From the IMG/VR virus record IMGVR_UViG_3300037782_000006, positions 1-36,485 of that record: a DNA stretch of 36,485 nt; one strand, written 5' to 3'. This stretch comes from a virus (Duplodnaviria; Caudoviricetes). The notes under the pieces were generated by a model. It was not told the DNA's origin, ran no database searches, and saw only the letters and a list, made by a program, of their open reading frames with translations. This document shows positions 1 to 8,400 of the stretch, piece after piece. The position numbers were made by a program, and so were the translations under genes. Every line of letters starts with the position of its first letter. The first letter of the stretch is position 1.

Positions 1-42
1 AGGTTAGCACCTCTAAGGTTGCCACCCACAAGGTCGGCATTT
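1..42. repeat. Terminal direct repeat (circular assembly overlap), left copy
   Basis: AGGTTAGCACCTCTAAGGTTGCCACCCACAAGGTCGGCATTT is identical to 36444..36485, and an ORF reads in frame across the junction. Confidence 0.95.
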
Positions 43-200
43 TTTAGGTTGGCACCGCTAAGATTAGCACCGCTAAGGTTTGTAAAGCTCAAATCAGCAC
101 CGCTTAGGTCGGCACCCATAAGATTTGCCCGTTTTCCACCATTACCATTCATCCAAAGCTGATGATTATCCAATATCTTTTTGAGTTCGTAGGCATTCAT
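1..200 (-). CDS. Pentapeptide repeat protein, 5' part (continues across the circular junction at 36443..36347; 98 aa total)
   Basis: Manual translation [57 protein letters not shown]...; A(N/D)Lxx repeats; ATG at 200 overlaps the TGA of the upstream gene; absent from the ORF track. Confidence 0.9.
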   Translation of the reverse strand, partial: MNAYELKKILDNHQLWMNGNGGKRANLMGADLSGADLSFTNLSGANLSGANLKNADLVGGNLRGAN

Positions 201-625
201 CAGAATGGAAGGTTTGCCTTTTCGTTTTTGCGTACGATCTCAGCAGCGCGACGGTTGAGACGCTCGGCAAGTGACTTGGCCTTGTCTTGATCCATAGCTG
301 CCACCTTACGGCCTCCGATGGGGTCGATATATGCGACCTTTGCAACGGATTTGCCTTCGTACTCCTCGCTGACAACTTTGATCTGACAGGACTTGCCGAC
401 AAACTGTTCCAAGTTTGTAAAGTCCGCATCAAACTCAAAGACCTCAATAAGGTTTTCAATGGTCTTGTCCGCAGCTCGTTCCGTGAGCCATGCGTCAAAG
501 TAGGCATGGTCATTTGCTTCGGCGCAATAGAGCTTCAGCTTTAGCGACGGCGTGCCGTTGTTTTTAGATTCGGCGAGGATGGCATCCTCGACCGTTACGT
601 CATAGTATCCTGGTGTTGTGATCAT
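200..625 (-). CDS. DUF669-like putative single-stranded DNA-binding protein
   Basis: [36 protein letters not shown]-terminal LPF tail; next to the recombination exonuclease. Confidence 0.65.
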   Translation of the reverse strand: MITTPGYYDVTVEDAILAESKNNGTPSLKLKLYCAEANDHAYFDAWLTERAADKTIENLIEVFEFDADFTNLEQFVGKSCQIKVVSEEYEGKSVAKVAYIDPIGGRKVAAMDQDKAKSLAERLNRRAAEIVRKNEKANLPF

Positions 626-1446
626 AATAATTTTGCGTATGAAGGTTGATATAGAGTTTCGACCAGCTCGGTTGAGTTGCGCCAGTCGTTCGATTCAAAG
701 CGTTGCTTGAGCTTGTTAATGGACCCAAAAACAGCAGCGCGTCCAACTTCCAGCCAGTTTGGGTCTGCTTTGAACATTTGCGCCTCGTAAGGCTGCTGCT
801 TTTCGACAGCAAACCAAAACCATGAGGCAAGTCGGTCGGTATTGTGTTCGTGGATAATCTGATACAGTGCGGCTTGCTCGATGTACCCGAAATTGCCGAT
901 GGACCGTTCGAAATTCGAGAATCCCGAACGCAAGTTGGCAGTGGTCTTAAAGTCGATGATAATGTGACCATCGCCAAATAAGTCCACTTGCTCACTGGTC
1001 GGCTCGGTTATGATCCAGTCATATTTGGCCTGCAGCGTAAATGTCTCCATGTCAACGCGCTCGACCATCTGAGCCTTTCCCGATTGCATCATGATGCGGT
1101 ACTGCTCGGTTTTGCGTACGGCATCGGCAATGGTATAGACCTCGTCGTAAGCGGTATCGGTCAACACGATCTTGTCTGCATTGGCTTCCACAGCCTCCTT
1201 GTGTCCTTTACTGGCAGCGGTCTTGAATCCGCTTGCAAGTACCTTGTCGGCCCATCCGTAAACGATTGCCTCGACAGCATGGCCGATTGCAAACGCTGGC
1301 AACGGTTCTGGGAACGGAATGTCCTTGGTTACGTACTGGCCACCGAAAAGCATCGGGTTAGCCATGAATGTTTTTAATGCAGTCGAGCCGATGCGTGGCT
1401 TTGTGTCTGACTGCGCGTGATATTCTGTGTCTGTTTCGTATTTCAT
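622..1446 (-). CDS. PD-(D/E)XK exonuclease VIII/RecE-like (DUF3799)
   Basis: EYHA, GSTALK, AFAIGHAVE, AKYD, IIDFKTT, FGYIEQAALY, FFAVEKQQPY-type motifs. Confidence 0.85.
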   Translation of the reverse strand: MKYETDTEYHAQSDTKPRIGSTALKTFMANPMLFGGQYVTKDIPFPEPLPAFAIGHAVEAIVYGWADKVLASGFKTAASKGHKEAVEANADKIVLTDTAYDEVYTIADAVRKTEQYRIMMQSGKAQMVERVDMETFTLQAKYDWIITEPTSEQVDLFGDGHIIIDFKTTANLRSGFSNFERSIGNFGYIEQAALYQIIHEHNTDRLASWFWFAVEKQQPYEAQMFKADPNWLEVGRAAVFGSINKLKQRFESNDWRNSTELVETLYQPSYAKLL

Positions 1447-1781
1447 TATTTCAGTTTTTGTTCTGGTTTACGGATGCGGATGGCCTCTTGTACCTTTCCG
1501 AAAGCTTTGACCTTTGCAGGGTAAAGCGTGATTTGCTTGCCGACCCACTGATCGGCGTCGTTGCCGTGAAGTTCCGCAATCGTGTCCGCATTGGTACGGT
1601 TGCAGACCATGCCTTTGCGAGCTTCTTTAAAGCGTAGGACGAACTTGGTTTCCTCGCTATTTGATTGCGGTACAAATATGGTTTCACGTCCGACGCTTTC
1701 GATGGTCAGGGTCTTATCCCCGTCCTCGAGGTCGTAGGCGCCAATGTAATCGGAATCAAAAAATTTTCGGTAATGGCTCAT
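1446..1781 (-). CDS. Phage protein, possible ssDNA-binding/annealing partner of the exonuclease
   Basis: DYIGAYDL..TLTI..V...K.MVCNRTN...W.GK.ITLY...AIRIR pattern; translationally coupled to the exonuclease. Confidence 0.55.
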   Translation of the reverse strand: MSHYRKFFDSDYIGAYDLEDGDKTLTIESVGRETIFVPQSNSEETKFVLRFKEARKGMVCNRTNADTIAELHGNDADQWVGKQITLYPAKVKAFGKVQEAIRIRKPEQKLK

Positions 1782-1975
1782 CGGTCTTTAGATGTGAGTT
1801 TAAATTCAGTTCCACAGTGGACTTCGACATCCGCCCAAGCGTTGTCATTTTCGTCGGGTCGCCAATAGACTTTGACCCAATACGGGCAGAGGCCCGTGTC
1901 TTCAACGAATTGATCGAGTAGGCTTTCAATCTGCTCCTCCAATTCTTGTTTTTTTCGGTGTATATCAGTTTTCAT
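1778..1975 (-). CDS. Hypothetical protein
   Basis: 65 aa ORF overlapping both neighbours in operon fashion. Confidence 0.6.
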   Translation of the reverse strand: MKTDIHRKKQELEEQIESLLDQFVEDTGLCPYWVKVYWRPDENDNAWADVEVHCGTEFKLTSKDR

Positions 1976-2264
1976 AAGACTTCAGTTTTTCGATTGGTGT
2001 TTGTCCCTCGTCGGATTCGATTTGTTGGTCATAGTCGGATTCCCGAGCAGGGAAACGGACGTCACCGTATTCTTTCCACTCGGTAATGACATAAAAGCCA
2101 TACCAGCCCTCCATGTCCACTGATGACTGACAGGTGATGTCTGTTTCGCCTATGGTAAATTCAGCAACAAGGATTCCGTAAAGATCTGGGCTGGTGCGCT
2201 GGTTGTAATTCTTGATGACGCCTGCGTTGCGCAGTTCGGTCAGTTGGTGATGTGATACTTTCAT
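1965..2264 (-). CDS. Hypothetical protein
   Basis: 99 aa ORF immediately downstream of the TIGR array, same strand. Confidence 0.65.
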   Translation of the reverse strand: MKVSHHQLTELRNAGVIKNYNQRTSPDLYGILVAEFTIGETDITCQSSVDMEGWYGFYVITEWKEYGDVRFPARESDYDQQIESDEGQTPIEKLKSYEN

Positions 2265-2291
2265 TGGTTCGATAGTGTTTAGTGTTAGTTG

Positions 2292-2903
2292 CGCTGCTTT
2301 GCGATGGGTGTCTAAAATTTTATGGCTCGCTTTGCCTTGTTGGGTGTCTTCGCTGGCATGGCTCGCTTCTGAGTCATGGGTGTCTTGAGGCTAATGGCTC
2401 GCTTCACACCTTTGGATGTCTTCGATTTGATGGCTCGCTTCTGAGTCATGGGTGTCTTGAGGGCAATGGCTCGTTTGGACAGCATGGGTGTCTTCTTATG
2501 CGTGGCTCGCTTGCTGACTGTGGGTGTCTTAGGCCGCGTGGCTCGCTTAGCATCAATGGGTGTCTTCGACTTAGTGGCTCGCTTGCGCGGGTTAGGTGTC
2601 TTAACCTTTGTGGCTCGCTTTCGCCCTTTGGATGTCTTCTACATTTTGGCTCGCTTAAACGAACTGGGTGTCTTTGTTTCCGTGGCTCGCTTGCGCGGGT
2701 TAGGTGTCTTAACCTTTGTGGCTCGCTTGTCATTTATGGGTGTCTTGAACGATGTGGCTCGCTTGCTAGCCGTGGGTGTCTTGTGCTCTCTGGCTCGCTT
2801 GGTGTAACTGGGTATCTTGCCCCTCATGGCTCGCTTTCCGCCTTGGGTTGTCTTTTAAATGGTGGCTCGCTTATTACTAATGGGTGTCTTCTTGCTTTTG
2901 GCT
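2292..2903 (-). ncRNA. TIGR (tandem interspaced guide RNA) array, 17 x 36-nt dual-spacer units
   Basis: Minus-strand unit AGCCA-N9-AGACACCCA-N9-AGCG; loop repeats at 2305+36n up to 2881; two alternating 9-nt repeats both ending CCA; begins with an AGCCA half-repeat and ends with an AGCG half-repeat; 12 nt downstream of a Nop-domain gene. Confidence 0.92.
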
Positions 2904-2915
2904 ACAAATTCCTTT

Positions 2916-3842
2916 CTACCAGTCCCAGCCCCGTGAACGTGGATCAACTGTTTTGTGGTTTCCGCCAAGCTGCGCCTCAGCATAGCATGGACCGTTATCA
3001 AGTCCTTCCAAGTCACGGGCAACATACCAGTAATCGGCGAGGAAATGCTTCATGACCGCGCGCAATGCAGCGCCATGAATGTGAGACTTCTTTGCATCCT
3101 TCCATGCCGATTCGACCAGCTTGCCCTGTGTGTTACGGGTTGCGACGACCTTCTCGCTGGCCTGCAACCGTTCCTTGACCGAATCGTAAACGAAGCGGTA
3201 CGGTCCACGTCCCTTCATCTGTGAATCTGCGAACGTGTACAGCTTAGTGCGTAAAGTCTTGTTGCCACCGCCAGCTTCGCCCTTGGTATAGCGCTCATGC
3301 GACGCCCGATGCAGTCCGCAGTAGGACCACAAGGACGATGCATGACGGGCCTTAGTGACGTCAATGTATGATCGCATATAGGCCACCGTGACAGGCCCGC
3401 AGGACTTTACGCCCATGGCCGCTTTTACCAATGGATCGACCTTAGCCATCCGCTTCATGAATCGGGTAAGCTCGTTGTCCATGTCGGCCATGTCGGTCTT
3501 AAACCGCTGAGCCGCTTCCTGCAAGTACGCCATCGTCGTGCCGCTCGGATCGTTGTCAGTGCGACGTTCAAACGCACGGATCTGATTCTGAATCTTGTTG
3601 TTCAAGTTCATGACCTGATTGCGCTGGTCAATGATTGCCTTGAGGTTTTCAAGGGTTGGCTCCCGCTCACGCCAAATTTCGTGATGCTTCATGTGGTCGA
3701 TCGGTGACAGTACTTCCATATTCCCGTCAACGTATTCGCCGCCTTCGTGCTTTGGCGTCGGGCGATGGATGTCGATGAGATATCCCGTATCAAATTCAAA
3801 TTCGGGACCAATTACTTGTGCTTTTAGGTTGTTCTTAGGCAT
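2916..3842 (-). CDS. tasH: TIGR-associated protein, TasH-type (HNH + coiled coil + Nop/IS110-like RNA-binding domain)
   Basis: N-terminal HNH-like DIHRPTP..GGEY..GN..L....H...H; coiled coil; GVKSCGPVTVA, SSLWSYCGL, GNKTLRT.LY, PYR..YD, HIHGAALR..MKHFL resemble the IS110/Nop C-domain; no DEDD RuvC domain; adjacent dual-repeat array. Confidence 0.88.
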   Translation of the reverse strand: MPKNNLKAQVIGPEFEFDTGYLIDIHRPTPKHEGGEYVDGNMEVLSPIDHMKHHEIWREREPTLENLKAIIDQRNQVMNLNNKIQNQIRAFERRTDNDPSGTTMAYLQEAAQRFKTDMADMDNELTRFMKRMAKVDPLVKAAMGVKSCGPVTVAYMRSYIDVTKARHASSLWSYCGLHRASHERYTKGEAGGGNKTLRTKLYTFADSQMKGRGPYRFVYDSVKERLQASEKVVATRNTQGKLVESAWKDAKKSHIHGAALRAVMKHFLADYWYVARDLEGLDNGPCYAEAQLGGNHKTVDPRSRGWDW

Positions 3843-3846
3843 TGTA

Positions 3847-3993
3847 TTACTTTCTCTTGTTGTTTTGTTTTAGGTTTTGTTCGTATCGCTTTTTTAACTG
3901 GGCATGCACCCAGTCAAGAAATTCTTTTTTCGGCGTCCGTGGCTGGTAGCCAGCGGCCCAAAAAGCTGCTTCACGGTGCGATAGGTGGCTCAT
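3847..3993 (-). CDS. Small basic hypothetical protein (48 aa)
   Basis: Manual translation MSHLSHREAAFWAAGYQPRTPKKEFLDWVHAQLKKRYEQNLKQNNKRK; ATGA overlap with the upstream ORF; ends 4 nt before tasH. Confidence 0.45.
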   Translation of the reverse strand: MSHLSHREAAFWAAGYQPRTPKKEFLDWVHAQLKKRYEQNLKQNNKRK

Positions 3994-4106
3994 AGCTCGA
4001 CCCTCAAGTTGAGCTTGCGCCCAGTGCTCTTGACGAACAGGCGCAAATAAATGCGACGGAGCAGACTGGGCCTGCGGTAGGTTTTGTTCTGAATTTGGTA
4101 ATCCAT
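3990..4106 (-). CDS. Small basic hypothetical protein (38 aa)
   Basis: Manual translation MDYQIQNKTYRRPSLLRRIYLRLFVKSTGRKLNLRVEL; tiles the gap between neighbours. Confidence 0.45.
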   Translation of the reverse strand: MDYQIQNKTYRRPSLLRRIYLRLFVKSTGRKLNLRVEL

Positions 4107-4111
4107 GGCTC

Positions 4112-4348
4112 TTAATTAAAAGGTCCCTGTGCTATAAACCAACCGCAGTGAAAGACATTGTCGCCTCTAACGTGAACATCAACGTTGTCGATCCCTTCGT
4201 AAGTGATCTCCAGAGTATCCAATATCAACGCCTCAATGTCTACGTAATTAGCATTGATAACCGTTCCGTTTTCGGCAGTAAGTTGCCAGTTTCCAACAAC
4301 TTGGCAATCGCCGATTTCTAATTTTGTTAGTTGTACCTTTAGGTTCAT
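4112..4348 (-). CDS. Hypothetical protein, first gene of putative early operon
   Basis: 78 aa ORF with GGAG Shine-Dalgarno at 4360..4357. Confidence 0.7.
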   Translation of the reverse strand: MNLKVQLTKLEIGDCQVVGNWQLTAENGTVINANYVDIEALILDTLEITYEGIDNVDVHVRGDNVFHCGWFIAQGPFN

Positions 4349-4391
4349 TTTATTATCTCCGTTAGTGATTAGTATTTAGTTTACGGGCATA

Positions 4392-4452
4392 CCTATACGG
4401 CCAGACCTGCGAACGGGTCAAGCGCAAACTTAAAAAAACTTAAAAACTTTTT
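4392..4452 (-). promoter_or_regulatory. Sigma70-like promoter with T-tract UP element
   Basis: TTGACC (4421..4416)-N18-TATAGG (4397..4392), preceded by T-tracts; intergenic. Confidence 0.6.
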
Positions 4453-4456
4453 CGAC

Positions 4457-5449
4457 CTAGAGCAATTTGCCCTTGTGGATACGGTAATTGCTGACCCTGT
4501 AATCATCCTCGCCCGTCGTGTCGACAACGGCAAATCCATGATTCCATTTGTTGAGCGGTGCATACCGTGGCCGCAACTGGCACAAGCATCCGACGCTCCA
4601 GGTCGTGACCAGCTTGCCCTTCAAGTCGCTTTCAGTGTGTTCTGAGGACTGGTGCAGGTGTCCCATCATTGAACTGACCTTGGACCGCATATAGAGGCCT
4701 CGGGCAGGATTGACAGGGTTGCTAATTGCAAACCGATACTCATGCCCATGTAGCACCGTCAGCCCGCCGATGCTGATCGGTTCCATGTCAGCGATCAGCT
4801 TAACGTTGTAATCCTTCAGCCGCATCAGCCTTTGAATCGTAAAGTCCTCAACCCCGTAAACCTCTGGCGCTTTCTGCCATATCCAACTTGCCCAGCGCTC
4901 CTCGTGGTTTCCGAGTTTCCACCAGATTTGACAGCCTGTAAATTCGCTTCTCAAGTATTCAAGCATCGCCCGCCCCATCTGCATCTCGCCTGCAAGATCG
5001 CGCTGGGTCGGATCGCTTACGTATCTGGAAACGCTGTAAAAGTCCATAAAGTCACCGTTGAGTAGAACGGCATCAACTCCAGCATCTTTGCCTGTCTCAA
5101 TTGCAATCTCAAGCGCCTTCTCGTCATGGTAAGGGACATGGACATCTGAAAGGATTAAAACTTTCCGTGCATTGAGCTTACGGATTTGCCAGTCCTTAAA
5201 TTCGGTTTTTGGTTTTGGCATTGGCATGGCTGCTGGCCTTTCTTCTAAGTGGTTTGCGATTGGTTTCATCCCTCGTCTTTTGGCTATTGTTTTGCTACCG
5301 CGTCGGTATCGGATGCGGTCGTAAGCTTGATTAAATGTGATATCGGTATGTTTGCTGACCTCACGTTCCAAAATCCTAGCCAGCGCCATGCTTGGCGTGT
5401 TCGGAAATTGCTGGCATAGCTCAGTCGCCTTTTCGGTTATCCAGTTCAT
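4457..5449 (-). CDS. Calcineurin-like metallophosphoesterase with N-terminal extension
   Basis: SDVHVP, NGDFMD, GNHEER, LHGHE, GHLHQ motifs. Confidence 0.9.
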   Translation of the reverse strand: MNWITEKATELCQQFPNTPSMALARILEREVSKHTDITFNQAYDRIRYRRGSKTIAKRRGMKPIANHLEERPAAMPMPKPKTEFKDWQIRKLNARKVLILSDVHVPYHDEKALEIAIETGKDAGVDAVLLNGDFMDFYSVSRYVSDPTQRDLAGEMQMGRAMLEYLRSEFTGCQIWWKLGNHEERWASWIWQKAPEVYGVEDFTIQRLMRLKDYNVKLIADMEPISIGGLTVLHGHEYRFAISNPVNPARGLYMRSKVSSMMGHLHQSSEHTESDLKGKLVTTWSVGCLCQLRPRYAPLNKWNHGFAVVDTTGEDDYRVSNYRIHKGKLL

Positions 5450-5451
5450 TA

Positions 5452-8400
5452 TCAGGTATTCGGTCGGATATAGAAATAATCTGGCTCTGACGCTGGCACT
5501 GGTGTACTTCCAATGTCGAACGTCGTATAAACTTCGCGGGAAACGGCGGGGAAGCCTCCAAAAAACCTTTCAAGCCATGCTCTGACCGTGTAAGTGGAGT
5601 TGCCAGTTAGTCGACCAATAAAGTAATTAGTTTTAGATTCTGGAACGCGATAAATTTCCGAAATGTTAGGTCCAATAACTTGAAGTATTACATTTCCACC
5701 GCTACCTGAGTCCGACCATGTAATGTTTACGGTAAATCCTGAGACATCCGTCTCCAATTCCTGCACCCGTCCCCATTCGGTAACACGTACGTCATCCCTT
5801 AACTTTGTTGAAATGTTTCCAGACGTATCCACTGAGTAAATTTCATAGTAATGAGTCCGCGCTGCATCGCTTTTTAATACTAACGCCTCAGTCCATTCTT
5901 GGGTTGCAGCCTGCCCCCTGTTTGTCCCTATTGGAACCTCAGCAATCGTTTGGTAACTGGGATAAGTACGAGCGTTGAAATAAACGACTGTAAAATTCAG
6001 CGTATCGCCTGCTGCATTCGCAAAAACAAAACCGTTGCAAGGACCTGCAACATAATCCCCATTTGCATCTGTCCCGCTGCTGGACTTTACTGTTAAGTCA
6101 ATAAATTGGCTGTATCCCTGATTGAGATTCGGTGTCGGAGTAGTAAACTCTGCGACCTCAGTGCATCTTTGTGTTCCATTCACTCCGTAAACAGTAGGAT
6201 CCTCCGATTGGCTTCCAGATGTCCGCGTGTAAACAAATTGAACGCGCAATGTATCGCCAGCGCCAAATGAGAACAACTTAATTTTACTATAAGTATAAGC
6301 TGGATTGATGAATTGCGTTTTCCTTACAGAAAATCCATCTGGAAAACTTATGCCATTGTCGAATAAGTCATATTCAAACCCAGAATAATTTTCCCATAGC
6401 TCTTGATATAAGCTCACTGAACGCCCGATGACGGTGTGGCTCAAATCCAAGTCTGCTGGAGTGGTCCACTGCAAATCAATGCGGTCCGCACCGTCAACGT
6501 ATGTCGCCGTAAAGTTTAGCGGTGGATTTGGCGCTGCCTCCTTACCGACGACGGTGTGGTCATCAATCGTTGCCCATTCGCCTTCCTTACCAAAAGCATT
6601 GCGGAAGCGTACACGAAAGTCGTATCTTTCGCCGTCAATTACGTCGGTCAAATACGCTTCCGTCGCCGATCCTATCACTTTAGGGTACTTAATCCATTCC
6701 GTTTCGCTGTTTAGTTTGTACTCAATGTCAACCTGACCCGAAGCTGCAACGTATTCGTCATCTGTTTCGTCCCAGCTCAGTTTGACGCGAGTAATGACCG
6801 TTCCGTCTTTCTGGATGTATAGCTGATCGGTGTCAGAGTCGGCTGTTAGGTTGTTAACGTCGCCGACATCGTACAAGCTCTGCACGGTTATACCTGGCGT
6901 TGTCTCTGGCTCAATCTCGCGGTCGTCCGTCCAGTCGTAAATGTTCGTTGCTGTTGCCCGCACGCCTAGCTCAATCGTAAACAGGCCGTCGTTTAGAATT
7001 GGCCGATAACTGACAACGCGAAACAACTTACCTTCCACCTCGTTAATCGTTACGCTTGAATCACTAGAACCAATGTCAATGGCTGGCCCGCCTCGATACT
7101 CACAAAGTCTAAAAACATTTACTGTCGTAGCATCTCGCACATAGTAAATTCGATTTGATTCTAGCCCGGTAGCTGATGCGGCCCCTGAAACGGTTACTGC
7201 CTTCCCGTTGTTTAAACCGTGATTTGTTAAGGTAAATATATTAGTTGTCGCATCTACAGTGCCTGACTTAGTGGCAACAACCTCATAAAATGACAGCTCT
7301 TGATTCAATATGCGGATCGTATCGCCAACGAATAGATCAGCAGGACAAGCAAACTCCGTCCCCGGCTTGCAAATCAACGTGCCGCTAATCTCTTGACGAG
7401 CTTGACGCAGGTTAATGATAGCCAATCTCCGCGCCATCGTTGCGTCGTTGACCATAGTAAAGACCATTTCCGAGCTATTGCGCTCGCCGTCCAGTGACAG
7501 GTAAATGTCATGCAATGCGGTGAGCCCGTCGTCATTAGTGCCTAATGTGATCGGACTGCCACCCTTTGAGCCTGAAACGCTAAACGCGTTAGTTGTCGCA
7601 GAAACGACCCAGTAATACCTACCTTCAGTTATGCCAGCAGGAAGTTGGTCATTGTCTATTGAGTTTGATGTATCATCCCAATAAACAAACTTCACCCTGT
7701 CGTTGACCTCAAGCCCGTGCGCTGTCGAATTAAAAGTTGAGCCAGTAGTTGATCCCCAGATCTTACGCAATGCCTCGACGCTTTGGACCTCGGACGGTTG
7801 CCAAGCTGTCTCTGATGACCGAATGACTGGCTTGATAGAATTGACTGCATCCTTTGCCGATTGGTTTAGCTGCCAAACTGGGAAGTCCACAAGTTCGGAT
7901 TCGGTCAGGGTATAGGCTTCGCTGATGTCGGAGCTGTTATATGCCCAGACATACCATTTTCCGCCGACCCATTCAATAACGCCTGCACAAGCGTCCAAAA
8001 GCGATTTGATGATTGCATGTGGCTCTTGCCCTGCGCTAACGATTCCGCCGCAAAAATAGCGTGGTTGAGTTGTTCCATCGGCATAAACGTCAACTGTCTC
8101 GTCGCATCTGTCAGCAGCTGCCTGCCATGCCGTGCTGTCAATGTCGGATGAATCTACGCCAAAACCGCCTCGCTCCTTGGACAGCGTCATATAGTCGTAC
8201 AGGCATTTGATCGGGTTGGTTGTGTAGCCTGCCGATTGGCCCAAAAAGCTGATCGTATTTTTGCCTGTTACGTCGAATGTAAATTGCGGAATACCTCTAA
8301 ATAGCTCGCTCTTGAAGTGCATCCGAATGTAGACGTAAGTCTTTTCTCGTCCGATGTGGTCCGTTGTCCATTTGTCGGCATCATTTTGTATCGTCGTTGC

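Noticed and set aside
1-42. Biological terminal repeat or att site
   Set aside because: It lies mid-gene and the gene reads through once the overlap is collapsed; most likely an assembly overlap
2292-2903. CRISPR array
   Set aside because: Repeats and spacers are only about 9 nt, two repeat types alternate, and there are no cas genes
2282-3055. 257-aa plus-strand ORF with GCL/GSL repeats, and the other ORFs overlapping the array
   Set aside because: These are by-products of a stop-free 36-nt periodic array; the long one is antisense to the whole genome and overlaps tasH
2916-3842. IS110 transposase / insertion sequence
   Set aside because: No N-terminal DEDD RuvC-like domain, no SG catalytic-serine motif after the GL motif, an HNH domain instead, and a multi-unit array follows
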